From positions 197,267 through 261,266 of the forward strand of contig WGBD01000002.1 in the NCBI GenBank assembly GCA_015494465.1: 64,000 bases of DNA, in the 5' to 3' direction. Source of the DNA: Candidatus Omnitrophota bacterium. GTDB lineage: Bacteria > Omnitrophota > Gorgyraeia > S143-82. The first letter of the stretch is position 1, and each line of letters starts with the position of its first letter. Positions 18,753-26,636 of the stretch are shown piece by piece. The notes under the pieces were generated by a model that saw only the letters and a program-made list of their open reading frames with translations, searched no databases and had not been told where the DNA came from. Position numbers and translations under genes: made by a program.

Positions 18753-18825
18753 TGGACCGGAGGGGAGTCGAACCCCCGACCTTCGGTATGCCGAACCGAC
18801 GCTCTCCCAACTGAGCTACCGGCCC
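18753..18825 (-). tRNA. tRNA-Ala (anticodon GGC)
   Basis: Reverse complement GGGCCGGTAGCTCAGTTGGGAGAGCGTCGGTTCGGCATACCGAAGGTCGGGGGTTCGACTCCCCTCCGGTCCA. It has a G3:U70 pair. Anticodon arm TCGGT-TCGGCAT-ACCGA, with an unusual C at position 33. Confidence 0.75.
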
Positions 18826-18840
18826 ATGTCTTACAAATCC

Positions 18841-18912
18841 TGCCCCTGGCAGGACTCGAACCTGCGCACCAGGCTCCGGAGGCCTGTGCTCTATCCCCTG
18901 AGCTACAGGGGC
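18841..18912 (-). tRNA. tRNA-Arg (anticodon CCG)
   Basis: Reverse complement GCCCCTGTAGCTCAGGGGATAGAGCACAGGCCTCCGGAGCCTGGTGCGCAGGTTCGAGTCCTGCCAGGGGCA. Anticodon loop CTCCGGA. Confidence 0.85.
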
Positions 18913-19499
18913 GATGTATATATTTTCAACAAATCTCGGGCCTTTTCAAGGGCAATCTTGCGATGGCTGATCCTGTGCTTCACCCCTGCCCCCAACTGGG
19001 CAAAGGTCTTGTCGTAACCATCGGGGATAAAGATGGGATCGTAACCGAACCCCTCCCTGCCGAGCATCCGCTCGGACAATCTGCCCCGCACCTCTCCCCG
19101 GACCACGCCGATTAACCCCTGAGGATCGGCTACAGCGATGCAGCAGACGAACCGGGCCCGCCTGTTGGCCTTGCCCCTCATAAGGGACAAGACCAACCGA
19201 TTGTTCGCCAGATCGTCCTTCTCCGGCCCTGCAAACCGGGCAGAATAGACCCCGGGCCTGAAACCCAGGGCCTCCACCTCCAGACCGGAATCGTCGGCCA
19301 AGGTGAGCATACCTGCCACCTTGGCGGTCCAGACAGCCTTCTTCACCGCGTTCCCCACGAAGGTGCCCACATCCTCCTCTACCTCGGGGAGGTCCCGTCC
19401 GAGGTCGTTCAAGGACAGGGCCATCCAATCCGGACCCAGTATCTCCTTCAACTCGACAAGTTTCTTCGGATTCCTGGTCGCCAACAATATCCTCTTCAT
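18903..19499 (-). CDS. rdgB: non-canonical purine NTP pyrophosphatase (RdgB/HAM1 family)
   Basis: Start taken at the internal ATG (19497-19499), giving MKRILLATRNPKKLVELKEIL with HAM1 motifs. The upstream track extension is spurious. The 3' end overlaps the tRNA-Arg 5' end by ~10 nt. Confidence 0.85.
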   Translation of the reverse strand: MKRILLATRNPKKLVELKEILGPDWMALSLNDLGRDLPEVEEDVGTFVGNAVKKAVWTAKVAGMLTLADDSGLEVEALGFRPGVYSARFAGPEKDDLANNRLVLSLMRGKANRRARFVCCIAVADPQGLIGVVRGEVRGRLSERMLGREGFGYDPIFIPDGYDKTFAQLGAGVKHRISHRKIALEKARDLLKIYTSPL

Positions 19500-20230
19500 C
19501 CTGACACCCAGCTCAACAGCCCCGCACAATAACCCACCGCTGTCTCCACCCGCAAGACGAACCTCCCGAGCGTTACCTCTATAGCCCCTTTCTCCCGAGC
19601 CAACTCCACCTCTTCTGGGGTAAAGTCCCCCTCGGGACCGATCAGGACCACTATCCAATCGCAATCGCAGGATCGCTTTAGAGGGAACAAATCCTCGAGA
19701 AGATCCTTACTCCCAGCGCTAAGGTGGGGGATGTACACGCGAGTCCTAGCCCGAGAAAACTCCTCCAGTACCCGGGGAAAATCCATAACCCCGCTTATCT
19801 CGGGGACAAACGGATTACCAGTCGTCCTGCAGACCTGCCTGGCCTTCCTCAGCCACCTCTCCTTTACCGTACCCTCGGGTAGGCGCACCACGCTACGCTT
19901 GGTCACCATCGGGATGAGGCGAGTTATCCCAAACTCAGCGCAGAAGCCTACAAGCTCGTCAAACCGATTGGCGGAGACCAAGGCACAGGCAATAGCGGTC
20001 TTCACCCGTCCTTTTGGGAGCTCAGCCACCTCAAAGACCTTTACCCTGGCAAGGCGATCCTCGAGGGAGATCAAGTTCCCCTTCAATACCTTGCCACCCA
20101 GCATGATGACATCAATCCGCTCCCCCGCCTCGGCCCTCGCCACCTTGAGGTGATGTAGGGTCTCCGAATCGCAGATCAACACCTCGTCACCCTCAAAGAT
20201 GTCCCCTTCGCTGAACAGGATTCGTATCAT
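19496..20230 (-). CDS. rsmE: 16S rRNA (uracil1498-N3)-methyltransferase
   Basis: 244 aa with a PUA-like N-domain and a SPOUT C-domain. Motif LIGPEGDFTPEE. Confidence 0.8.
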   Translation of the reverse strand: MIRILFSEGDIFEGDEVLICDSETLHHLKVARAEAGERIDVIMLGGKVLKGNLISLEDRLARVKVFEVAELPKGRVKTAIACALVSANRFDELVGFCAEFGITRLIPMVTKRSVVRLPEGTVKERWLRKARQVCRTTGNPFVPEISGVMDFPRVLEEFSRARTRVYIPHLSAGSKDLLEDLFPLKRSCDCDWIVVLIGPEGDFTPEEVELAREKGAIEVTLGRFVLRVETAVGYCAGLLSWVSG

Positions 20231-20946
20231 AAACTCACCCCGGCAATAGAAAGGACCTCCGCAGACGGAAACTTTCCCTTGTCGGTAATAAGGACGCCGT
20301 TGCGATCCACTCCCTTCACCTGCACCAGCTCTTCCCTATCACCTACCAATATACGCCAAGGCTCTCCCACTCCCCACAACCCCTTTAGATATCCCTGATA
20401 GACCTCTTCTTCTCCCAAAGCCAAGGTCTCGTTCACGCTATCCATTATCCCAAACAAGGCCTCCCAGGGCGAGACTTCCATTCCCAGATCCGCTAAAGAG
20501 ATTACCCTCTTGTCCTCCACTGCTGGCCGGCCTTGTACATTGACACCTATCCCGCAGAGGTAGAGGGCTTCAACCGGCCCCTCGACAAGAACCCCACCCA
20601 GTTTCGCCGACCTGCAGTAGAGATCGTTGGGCCACTTTATCACCACATCGTCCAAAAGATAGCCCAACCACCGGTGCACCGCAAGGGCAAGGGACATACC
20701 CAGGACCGCGGGCCGGCCCGCCCAACCCAAAGAGAAGGAAAGATACAGCCCACCCGCTGGGGAGGCCCACCTCCTTCCCCTGCGCCCCCGACCGGCAGAC
20801 TGGGCACCAGCCACGCAGACGAGTCCCTCCACGGGATAACTCCGGACGAGATCCCGCAACCAGTCCTGGGTAGAGGTTACTTCCTCCAAGTAAAATATCC
20901 TATCCCCGAGGAGGTTGGACCTCACCATCGCCTCCTCCCCGGCCAC
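20227..20946 (-). CDS. birA: biotin--[acetyl-CoA-carboxylase] ligase (class I, no DNA-binding domain)
   Basis: 239 aa. Signature motifs GRGRRGRRW and KWPNDL. Confidence 0.8.
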   Translation of the reverse strand: MAGEEAMVRSNLLGDRIFYLEEVTSTQDWLRDLVRSYPVEGLVCVAGAQSAGRGRRGRRWASPAGGLYLSFSLGWAGRPAVLGMSLALAVHRWLGYLLDDVVIKWPNDLYCRSAKLGGVLVEGPVEALYLCGIGVNVQGRPAVEDKRVISLADLGMEVSPWEALFGIMDSVNETLALGEEEVYQGYLKGLWGVGEPWRILVGDREELVQVKGVDRNGVLITDKGKFPSAEVLSIAGVSL

Positions 20947-21803
20947 TTCCTATTGGCCCTCACCTCTACCCTTCCCCCCGCCCCCAAAAAGGCCACCAAG
21001 GCCCCTATTCCGCTGCGCTCACTTACCTCAAGGCCCTTTAGTCCCAACACATACACCGCAGTCGCCCAGGCGTCCGCAAGGGCACAATTAGGTGCATAAC
21101 AGGAGGCGCTGACCAAATCCCCTACCTTCCTTCCTGAGCGGGGGTCCCAGATGTGCCTGCCCCGTTCGTAACTGCCCGAGGTGGCAATCGCCCCTCCCCG
21201 CAGACGCACCCTATCCAACGGCCTCCTACCCAGGGGATTGCGCACCTCCACCCAGACCCCCATCTGCCTCTTATCGAACAACCCCACATCACCGCCGGCG
21301 TTCACCATCAGAAACTCCATCCCCTCACCCTCTGCCCTCTCAATAAGGCGATCCACTATGTAGCCCTTAGCAACCCCGGAGAAGTCGTACCTTCCTCCCT
21401 CCGGGGCCCTGATCCCCTCCTCAAGGACCTCTATCCCCATCGCCGAGGCCCTACCTTTGTAGCCCGGATCAAAGGCCCCACCGCTCCCCTTGCAGACCTC
21501 CTTGCTCACCTCTATCACATCCCTCAACACCGGATAACAGGGATCACCGCTCGGTATCCATCCCCCCCTGTTGAGTCTCCCCACGCAGGAATCAGCCCGA
21601 TAGAAGGACAACTTCCCCTCGAGATCCCGGGCAAGGGCAAGCAAGTCCCTGAGTTTGCCCCTATCCTGTTTAGGAAGGACGAAGTCCACATAGGTATCCA
21701 TCAGGACGAAGGATTCCCTGACGAGGCCTGCCCCCTGTATCCGGACCAAGGCAACGGCCACCAAGACCAGTCCTAATAAGACAGCAACGGCGTACCGCTT
21801 CAT
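20922..21803 (-). CDS. apbE: FAD:protein FMN transferase
   Basis: 293 aa with a signal/anchor and ApbE-family layout (LMDTYV...SGSYERG...). Confidence 0.75.
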   Translation of the reverse strand: MKRYAVAVLLGLVLVAVALVRIQGAGLVRESFVLMDTYVDFVLPKQDRGKLRDLLALARDLEGKLSFYRADSCVGRLNRGGWIPSGDPCYPVLRDVIEVSKEVCKGSGGAFDPGYKGRASAMGIEVLEEGIRAPEGGRYDFSGVAKGYIVDRLIERAEGEGMEFLMVNAGGDVGLFDKRQMGVWVEVRNPLGRRPLDRVRLRGGAIATSGSYERGRHIWDPRSGRKVGDLVSASCYAPNCALADAWATAVYVLGLKGLEVSERSGIGALVAFLGAGGRVEVRANRKWPGRRRW

Positions 21804-22014
21804 GACCTCCCCTACAGATCAACGATTCTCCCTAAAATATACCACCGTTCCCACAACGACCCAAAGTCATATCCTTAGGCCAAAACATATGCGGGTTTAC
21901 TTGCATTGAAGATTCAATTGCAACCTAAAGAAATTTCCAGGAATCTGAGGTCTAAAAGAATGGCGCCAATATGGAAAAACCGGCATCTCCCGAGCAACCA
22001 ACCTTTACTCACCA

Positions 22015-22042
22015 GATCCTACCTGAAAGATCCTACCTGAAT
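22015..22042. repeat. perfect tandem 14-mer AGATCCTACCTGAA x2 in the apbE upstream region
   Basis: Read directly from the sequence at 22015-22028 and 22029-22042. It lies in an unusually long (255-bp) AT-rich intergenic region. Confidence 0.5.
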
Positions 22043-22058
22043 CCGAAAACTCCCCATC

Positions 22059-22904
22059 TCAAGCGATGCAGTCCACTAGCGGAGAGATATCGACAAGAGC
22101 CTTAGGCAGAACCGCATTAGCGTAGAGGCAGGCTATGTCAGGACTAAAGGGGATCCTGAGGGCCAGAGGTACGGACTCCTCCTCGAGCCAGGCCTGCAGA
22201 CGCCCATCCAGTTCCCCGGAAATGCCACTCTTGTTTGCCACCGCAACGACCTCCACATCGAACCTGCGCACCAAAGCCAGCAGCCTCTCCGCATCCGACA
22301 GACCGGACAACGAGGCCTCCACGACCAACACCACCACATCCGCCCCGGATATCGCAGATATCACCGGGCATCCCAACCCCGGCGGTCCGTCCACCAACAG
22401 CCACCTGCATCCCAAGGCCATTGCCCTCTTTCTGGCCCTGCCCTTTAACTCGCTTACCAGACGCCCGGAACTCCCCCGGCCCGGGAGGAGTTCTGCGTAG
22501 AACAGCTCTCCCCAATCGGTCCGTCCGAAAAACACATCCCCGGTATCCTCCTCCACCATCTCTATCGCCGAGGCAGGACACACAAAGGCACACACCCCAC
22601 AGCCCTCGCACAGTTCGGGCACGACATAGGCCTTGCCATCCCTATCCTCTATCGCCGAAAACCTGCAGGCCTGCCAGCATCTGCCACAACCCCTGCAAAC
22701 ATCCCTCTTCACCCGAGCCACCGTGCCCAGATGGAGGCGCTGGGAAGATTCAATCTTCGGGCCGAGAAGGAGGTGGAGGTTGGACGCCTCCACATCGCAG
22801 TCGCATATCACCTTGCTCTCAGGTGTAGAGGCCAAGAGAGCGGTAATCAGCGTCTTGCCGGCTCCTCCCTTGCCACTTGCGACCACTATCTCCTTCGGCC
22901 TCAT
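22059..22904 (-). CDS. MinD/ParA-superfamily P-loop ATPase with inserted 2x[4Fe-4S] ferredoxin domain
   Basis: 281 aa. Deviant Walker A SGKGGAGKT and CxxCxxC...C clusters (CRGCGRCWQAC, CEGCGVCAFVC). Confidence 0.75.
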   Translation of the reverse strand: MRPKEIVVASGKGGAGKTLITALLASTPESKVICDCDVEASNLHLLLGPKIESSQRLHLGTVARVKRDVCRGCGRCWQACRFSAIEDRDGKAYVVPELCEGCGVCAFVCPASAIEMVEEDTGDVFFGRTDWGELFYAELLPGRGSSGRLVSELKGRARKRAMALGCRWLLVDGPPGLGCPVISAISGADVVVLVVEASLSGLSDAERLLALVRRFDVEVVAVANKSGISGELDGRLQAWLEEESVPLALRIPFSPDIACLYANAVLPKALVDISPLVDCIA

Positions 22905-23755
22905 CCCCTCACCCTCGCCATCAGCGCATCCCTCAGGGAATCCAAGATTGCCCGCAACTCCCCCGATGCGGAATAGGGATCAATACCCCGGGCCAGTGAA
23001 CGATGCACCTCCTCCCTGAAAGGGACCTTGGCCAAGACCTCTATCCCTTCCTCCTCGCACACCCGCAGGACCTCTCCATTGCCCATCCCGTAGCGATTTA
23101 CCACCACCAGGACATCTATACCCATCTCCCTAGCCACCCTCACCGCCTTGCGGAAGTCGTGGGCCCCGAAGGGGGTATCCTCAACCACGCCCAGAAGGAG
23201 GTCCGCCCCCTCAACCGACTCCACGAAGGCACAGCCACTACCGGGAGGGCAATCCAACACCAACCACTGCCCACCCACTCCTTCCGCCTTCACCTCCCTT
23301 ATCACCGGCCCGGGATTTGCCTGCCCCACCTTAAGCCACCCGCTAACCAACTCCAGACCTCCACCCACCGCCTTTACCACCTCCCCTATAACCACCTCTC
23401 TTTCCTCAATTGCCCCTTCCGGACAGACCAACACGCACCCCCCACAGCGATGGCAGAACTCCTCCAGAACGATCGCTTTGTCGAATACCACTATCGCGTT
23501 GAACCGGCAGAAGTCCCGACACCTACCGCAGGCAGTACAGTCCTCCTGCCTCACCACCGGCACAGAGGAAAGGACCTCTCGGCGACTTACCTCCCGAAGG
23601 TCCTTGAAAAACAGGTGGGCGTTTGGCTCCTCGACATCCAGATCCAAGAGGGATACCCTCTCCCCCGCAGAGACGAAGGCACGGGCCAGCCCCACCGCCA
23701 AGGTGGTCTTGCCCGTGCCCCCTTTTCCTCCTGCCAGAGCGATCCTGACTGCCAA
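22901..23755 (-). CDS. MinD/ParA-superfamily P-loop ATPase with 4Fe-4S ferredoxin domain (paralog)
   Basis: 284 aa. Motifs GGKGGTGKTT, CTACGRCRDFC and CHRCGGCVLVC. Confidence 0.75.
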   Translation of the reverse strand: MAVRIALAGGKGGTGKTTLAVGLARAFVSAGERVSLLDLDVEEPNAHLFFKDLREVSRREVLSSVPVVRQEDCTACGRCRDFCRFNAIVVFDKAIVLEEFCHRCGGCVLVCPEGAIEEREVVIGEVVKAVGGGLELVSGWLKVGQANPGPVIREVKAEGVGGQWLVLDCPPGSGCAFVESVEGADLLLGVVEDTPFGAHDFRKAVRVAREMGIDVLVVVNRYGMGNGEVLRVCEEEGIEVLAKVPFREEVHRSLARGIDPYSASGELRAILDSLRDALMARVRG

Positions 23756-23757
23756 AC

Positions 23758-24084
23758 CTACCTGCTCCCCTGTGAGGTCAGGAATTCCCTAATCGCGTCC
23801 TCGCCCCGGCCGGAGTAGTCCTCGTAGGCCTTTATCCCTGCCACGGCCAAGAGGTCCTTGGCCTTGGGCCCTATGTTTTCCGCCAGAAGCACATCCACAG
23901 AGTGATTCCTGAGGGTCTGGACCGCTGCGGGCCCTGCTCCGCTGGAGGCCTCAAAACCGGGATTTTCTACAACCTCGTATCGGCCGGACTGCGAATCGTA
24001 TATCAGGAACCACTGCGCCCGGCCGAACTTCTCGTCCATCAAGGCCTCCTTGCTCGGGGCAGAGACCGGCACCGCTATCCTCAT
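23758..24084 (-). CDS. NifX/NafY-like dinitrogenase FeMo-cofactor-binding-domain protein
   Basis: Start taken at the internal ATG (24082-24084), giving MRIAVPVSAPSKEALMDEKFGRAQWFLIYD... (~108 aa). This is a typical Nitro_FeMo-Co fold sequence. The start overlaps the DUF5320-like stop by 4 nt. Confidence 0.7.
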   Translation of the reverse strand: MRIAVPVSAPSKEALMDEKFGRAQWFLIYDSQSGRYEVVENPGFEASSGAGPAAVQTLRNHSVDVLLAENIGPKAKDLLAVAGIKAYEDYSGRGEDAIREFLTSQGSR

Positions 24085-24377
24085 TCCTGACCCTCCTCGA
24101 GTTGCTTCCTCAACCACTCCCTCTGGGCATCTAGGGCAGAAAGTTGGGCCCGGAGGATGTCCTTTCTCTCCTCCTCGGACAGCGGTGCGGAAGCGGTCCT
24201 CCAAAACCACTGCCAGCCCATACCTCTGCCCCAGCCTCGCCCGAGGCCTCTGCCCCAACCGCCTCCAAGGCCTCTACCCCAGGTAAAGCCCGGGGCTCCT
24301 GCGCCAGAGCAGAACCCGAGTCCTCGTCCGGTCCTCGGGCCCAGGCCCATCGGTCCGGTTCCGTCTCCCCAAGGCAT
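24081..24377 (-). CDS. Gly/Arg-rich DUF5320-like small protein
   Basis: 98 aa: MPWGDGTGPMGLGPRTGRGLGFCSGAGAPGF...GRGLGRGWGRGMGW followed by a C-terminal coiled-coil/acidic tail. The pattern is that of DUF5320 proteins, which co-occur with DUF134 genes. Confidence 0.55.
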   Translation of the reverse strand: MPWGDGTGPMGLGPRTGRGLGFCSGAGAPGFTWGRGLGGGWGRGLGRGWGRGMGWQWFWRTASAPLSEEERKDILRAQLSALDAQREWLRKQLEEGQE

Positions 24378-24392
24378 AGTCTCACCTCCTCG

Positions 24393-24824
24393 TTAACACC
24401 TTCCTCTTCTCCTGCGCCTTCGGCCAAATCCACCTCCCCACACCGAGAGGTGGGTTGATCCGCACTCCGGACAGACATCGCTCTCCTTTGCGGTCCAGGT
24501 GGACTCACAGTCCTCGCAGAAAAACCTCTCCGCCTGCAGGCTCACCGGTCCCTTCTCCACCACCAAGGCCCACCCTTCGACCAAGGCCTTGGCCACCTTT
24601 TCGTGGGCACCGGCAAGCAATCTCGTGAGCGTGGGCCGGGAGACCCCCATCCTCTCTGCTGCCTCCTCGTGGCTCAGGCCACAGAGGTCCACCAACCTCA
24701 TCGCCTCGCACTCGTCCAGGGTCATCCTCAACATCCCCAAGGCCCTGACGGGTATCCCCTGAGGCTTAAAGACCCTGACCACCGGTGGACTTCCCACTAT
24801 CCTGTCCTTCTTTGGCCTGCTCAT
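24393..24824 (-). CDS. DUF134/UPF0251 predicted DNA-binding protein (sigma-70 region-4-like HTH plus C-terminal Cys4 zinc ribbon)
   Basis: 143 aa. HTH segment LDECEAMRLVDLCGLSHEEAAERMGVSRPTLTRLL. C-terminal CEDC...CPEC zinc ribbon. Confidence 0.7.
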   Translation of the reverse strand: MSRPKKDRIVGSPPVVRVFKPQGIPVRALGMLRMTLDECEAMRLVDLCGLSHEEAAERMGVSRPTLTRLLAGAHEKVAKALVEGWALVVEKGPVSLQAERFFCEDCESTWTAKESDVCPECGSTHLSVWGGGFGRRRRRRGRC

Positions 24825-24837
24825 CTTCCGATCCCGA

Positions 24838-24857
24838 TTTTGAACTATAGTTCAAAA
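24838..24857. promoter_or_regulatory. perfect 20-bp palindrome TTTTGAACTATAGTTCAAAA just upstream of the DUF134 start codon; candidate operator
   Basis: Read directly. It is 14 nt upstream of the ATG at 24824. A second palindrome GTCAAATTGAC sits at 24889-24899, with a TTGACT -35-like hexamer on the minus strand. Confidence 0.45.
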
Positions 24858-24911
24858 CTATGATACAAACAACCTCCAAGATTTTCAAGTCAAATTGACA
24901 AAAATAGGCAG

Positions 24912-26624
24912 TTACGACTTTCTAAGAAAGGCCAGCAACCGATCCGGATCCCAGGCGTTGATAACATCCTCCCTGCTCAGCCACCCCCGACGGGCAGTAC
25001 CCACGCCGAAGAAGATGTAGTCCAACTGCTGATGGGAATGGGCGTCGGTGTTGATGCAGACCTTCACGCCCATCTCCTTTGCCATCCGGCAGTGGTCCGC
25101 ATTCAGGTCCAGACGGAACGGAGAGGAGTTCAACTCCAGGGCAACGCCCTTTTTTTTGGCGGCCTCCATTATCCGCTCCATGTCCACCTCGTAGGCCTCG
25201 CGCTCACCCAACAACCTCCCGGTGGGGTGGGCGAGGATGTTTACCTCGGGATGGGATATCGCCCTGACGATCCTCTCGGTCATCTCCTCCCTGTCCATCT
25301 TGAATCGGGAGTGGACCGCCACTATCACCACATCCAACTCCTTCAGTATGTCCTCGTCGCAGTCCAGACTTCCGTCGGCAAGGATGTCCACCTCCATCCC
25401 TGCGAGGATGCGCACCCGAGGATACAACCTCTGCAAGCGCCTTATCTCCTCCCTCTGGGCCTTGACCTTCTCCCGGGTCATACCCTTCGCCACCGCCAGG
25501 GAAGGGGAGTGATCGGTTATCGCTATGTACTTATACCCCTTTTCCAAGGCCTTCTTCACCATCGCCTCTATCTCGTCCACTCCGTCGCTGTAGGTGGTGT
25601 GCATGTGCAGATCCCCGCAAACATCTTCCACCTCTATCAACTCCGGCAGGTCGTGGGCGAGGGCGAGTTCCACCTCTCCCTGATCTTCCCGGATCTCCGG
25701 AGGGATCCAATCCATCCCCAGGCAGTCGTAGACCTCCTCTTCCGACCTGCCCGCTACCATCTTCTCACCCTTGAATAGGCCGTATTCGTTGAGTTTCAGG
25801 CCCTTATCTATGCAGATCTGACGGAGTTTTATGTTGTGTTCCTTGGAACCGGTGAAGTAGAGCATCGCTGCGCCGTAGGAATCCTCGTCGAACACCCTCA
25901 AGTCCATCTGCAGGCCGGAGATAATCACGCTGGACTTCTTCTCCCCCCGGGCCAGGACCTCCTCCACCTCGGGATACCTTACGAAGTGGTCCATCACCTT
26001 GGCGGGATTATCCGCCACCACCAGTATGTCCACATCGTGGACGGTCTCCTTGAACCTCCGGATGGAACCCACCACATCCACCCGCTTTACCCCCTTAAAC
26101 CCCGCGATGTAGTCCCTCACCTCGTAGGCCAGAGGCAGGACCTTGCCCAGCGGACTCCTTCCCTTGCTCCTGCGCAGAAACTCTATCCCTTTCAGGATGT
26201 TCTCCTCCGTTTTCGGACCAAACCCCGGCAGGGACCGCAACTTTCCCGCCCTGGCAGCGGTCTCCAACTCGTCGATACTGGATATCCCCAACTTATCGTA
26301 TATCACCTTCACCTTCTTGGGGCCCAGGCCCGGGATGTTCATCATCTCCAACAGACCCGGAGGCAGTTTCGCCTTCAGTTCCTCGTACTGGGCAAGGGTC
26401 CCGGTGCGATAGATCTCCTTTATCTTCTCCGCCAGGTCCTTGCCTATCCCCGGCAATTCCTCCAGCCTGTCCTGAAGGACATACTCTTCAAGGTCCTCGG
26501 GCAGGGACTCTATCCGCATCGCTGCCCGCTCGTAGGCCCTTACGCGAAAGGGATTGTCCCCCAAGAGGTCCAAGAGTTGGGCTATCTCGTAGAATATCTG
26601 GGCGACCTTCTTGTTCAGTATCAT
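24912..26624 (-). CDS. family X DNA polymerase with C-terminal PHP domain (PolX)
   Basis: 570 aa with N-terminal helix-hairpin-helix and Pol-beta-like domains. PHP motif HMHTTYSDG. Confidence 0.9.
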   Translation of the reverse strand: MILNKKVAQIFYEIAQLLDLLGDNPFRVRAYERAAMRIESLPEDLEEYVLQDRLEELPGIGKDLAEKIKEIYRTGTLAQYEELKAKLPPGLLEMMNIPGLGPKKVKVIYDKLGISSIDELETAARAGKLRSLPGFGPKTEENILKGIEFLRRSKGRSPLGKVLPLAYEVRDYIAGFKGVKRVDVVGSIRRFKETVHDVDILVVADNPAKVMDHFVRYPEVEEVLARGEKKSSVIISGLQMDLRVFDEDSYGAAMLYFTGSKEHNIKLRQICIDKGLKLNEYGLFKGEKMVAGRSEEEVYDCLGMDWIPPEIREDQGEVELALAHDLPELIEVEDVCGDLHMHTTYSDGVDEIEAMVKKALEKGYKYIAITDHSPSLAVAKGMTREKVKAQREEIRRLQRLYPRVRILAGMEVDILADGSLDCDEDILKELDVVIVAVHSRFKMDREEMTERIVRAISHPEVNILAHPTGRLLGEREAYEVDMERIMEAAKKKGVALELNSSPFRLDLNADHCRMAKEMGVKVCINTDAHSHQQLDYIFFGVGTARRGWLSREDVINAWDPDRLLAFLRKS

Positions 26625-26636
26625 AGAAAGATTATA

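Noticed and set aside
19500-19664. N-terminal extension of the rdgB ORF (Arg/Gly-rich 55 aa)
   Set aside because: Not protein-like, and it overlaps rsmE. The HAM1 domain starts at the internal Met MKRILLATRN.
22135-23818. Cluster of long plus-strand ORFs (121-271 aa, P/R/S/T-rich) and minus-strand alternative-frame ORFs across the MinD-ferredoxin genes
   Set aside because: All overlap the two P-loop/4Fe-4S ATPase genes in other frames and have proline- and arginine-rich nonsense composition typical of GC-rich off-frame translation.
24131-24508. ORFs 24131-24508 (-) and 24144-24458 (+) overlapping the Gly/Arg-rich gene
   Set aside because: The frame giving MPWGDGTGPMGLGP...GRGLGRGWGRGMGW matches the DUF5320 pattern and abuts the NifX-like start. 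The other frames are by-products of the repetitive GC-rich DNA.
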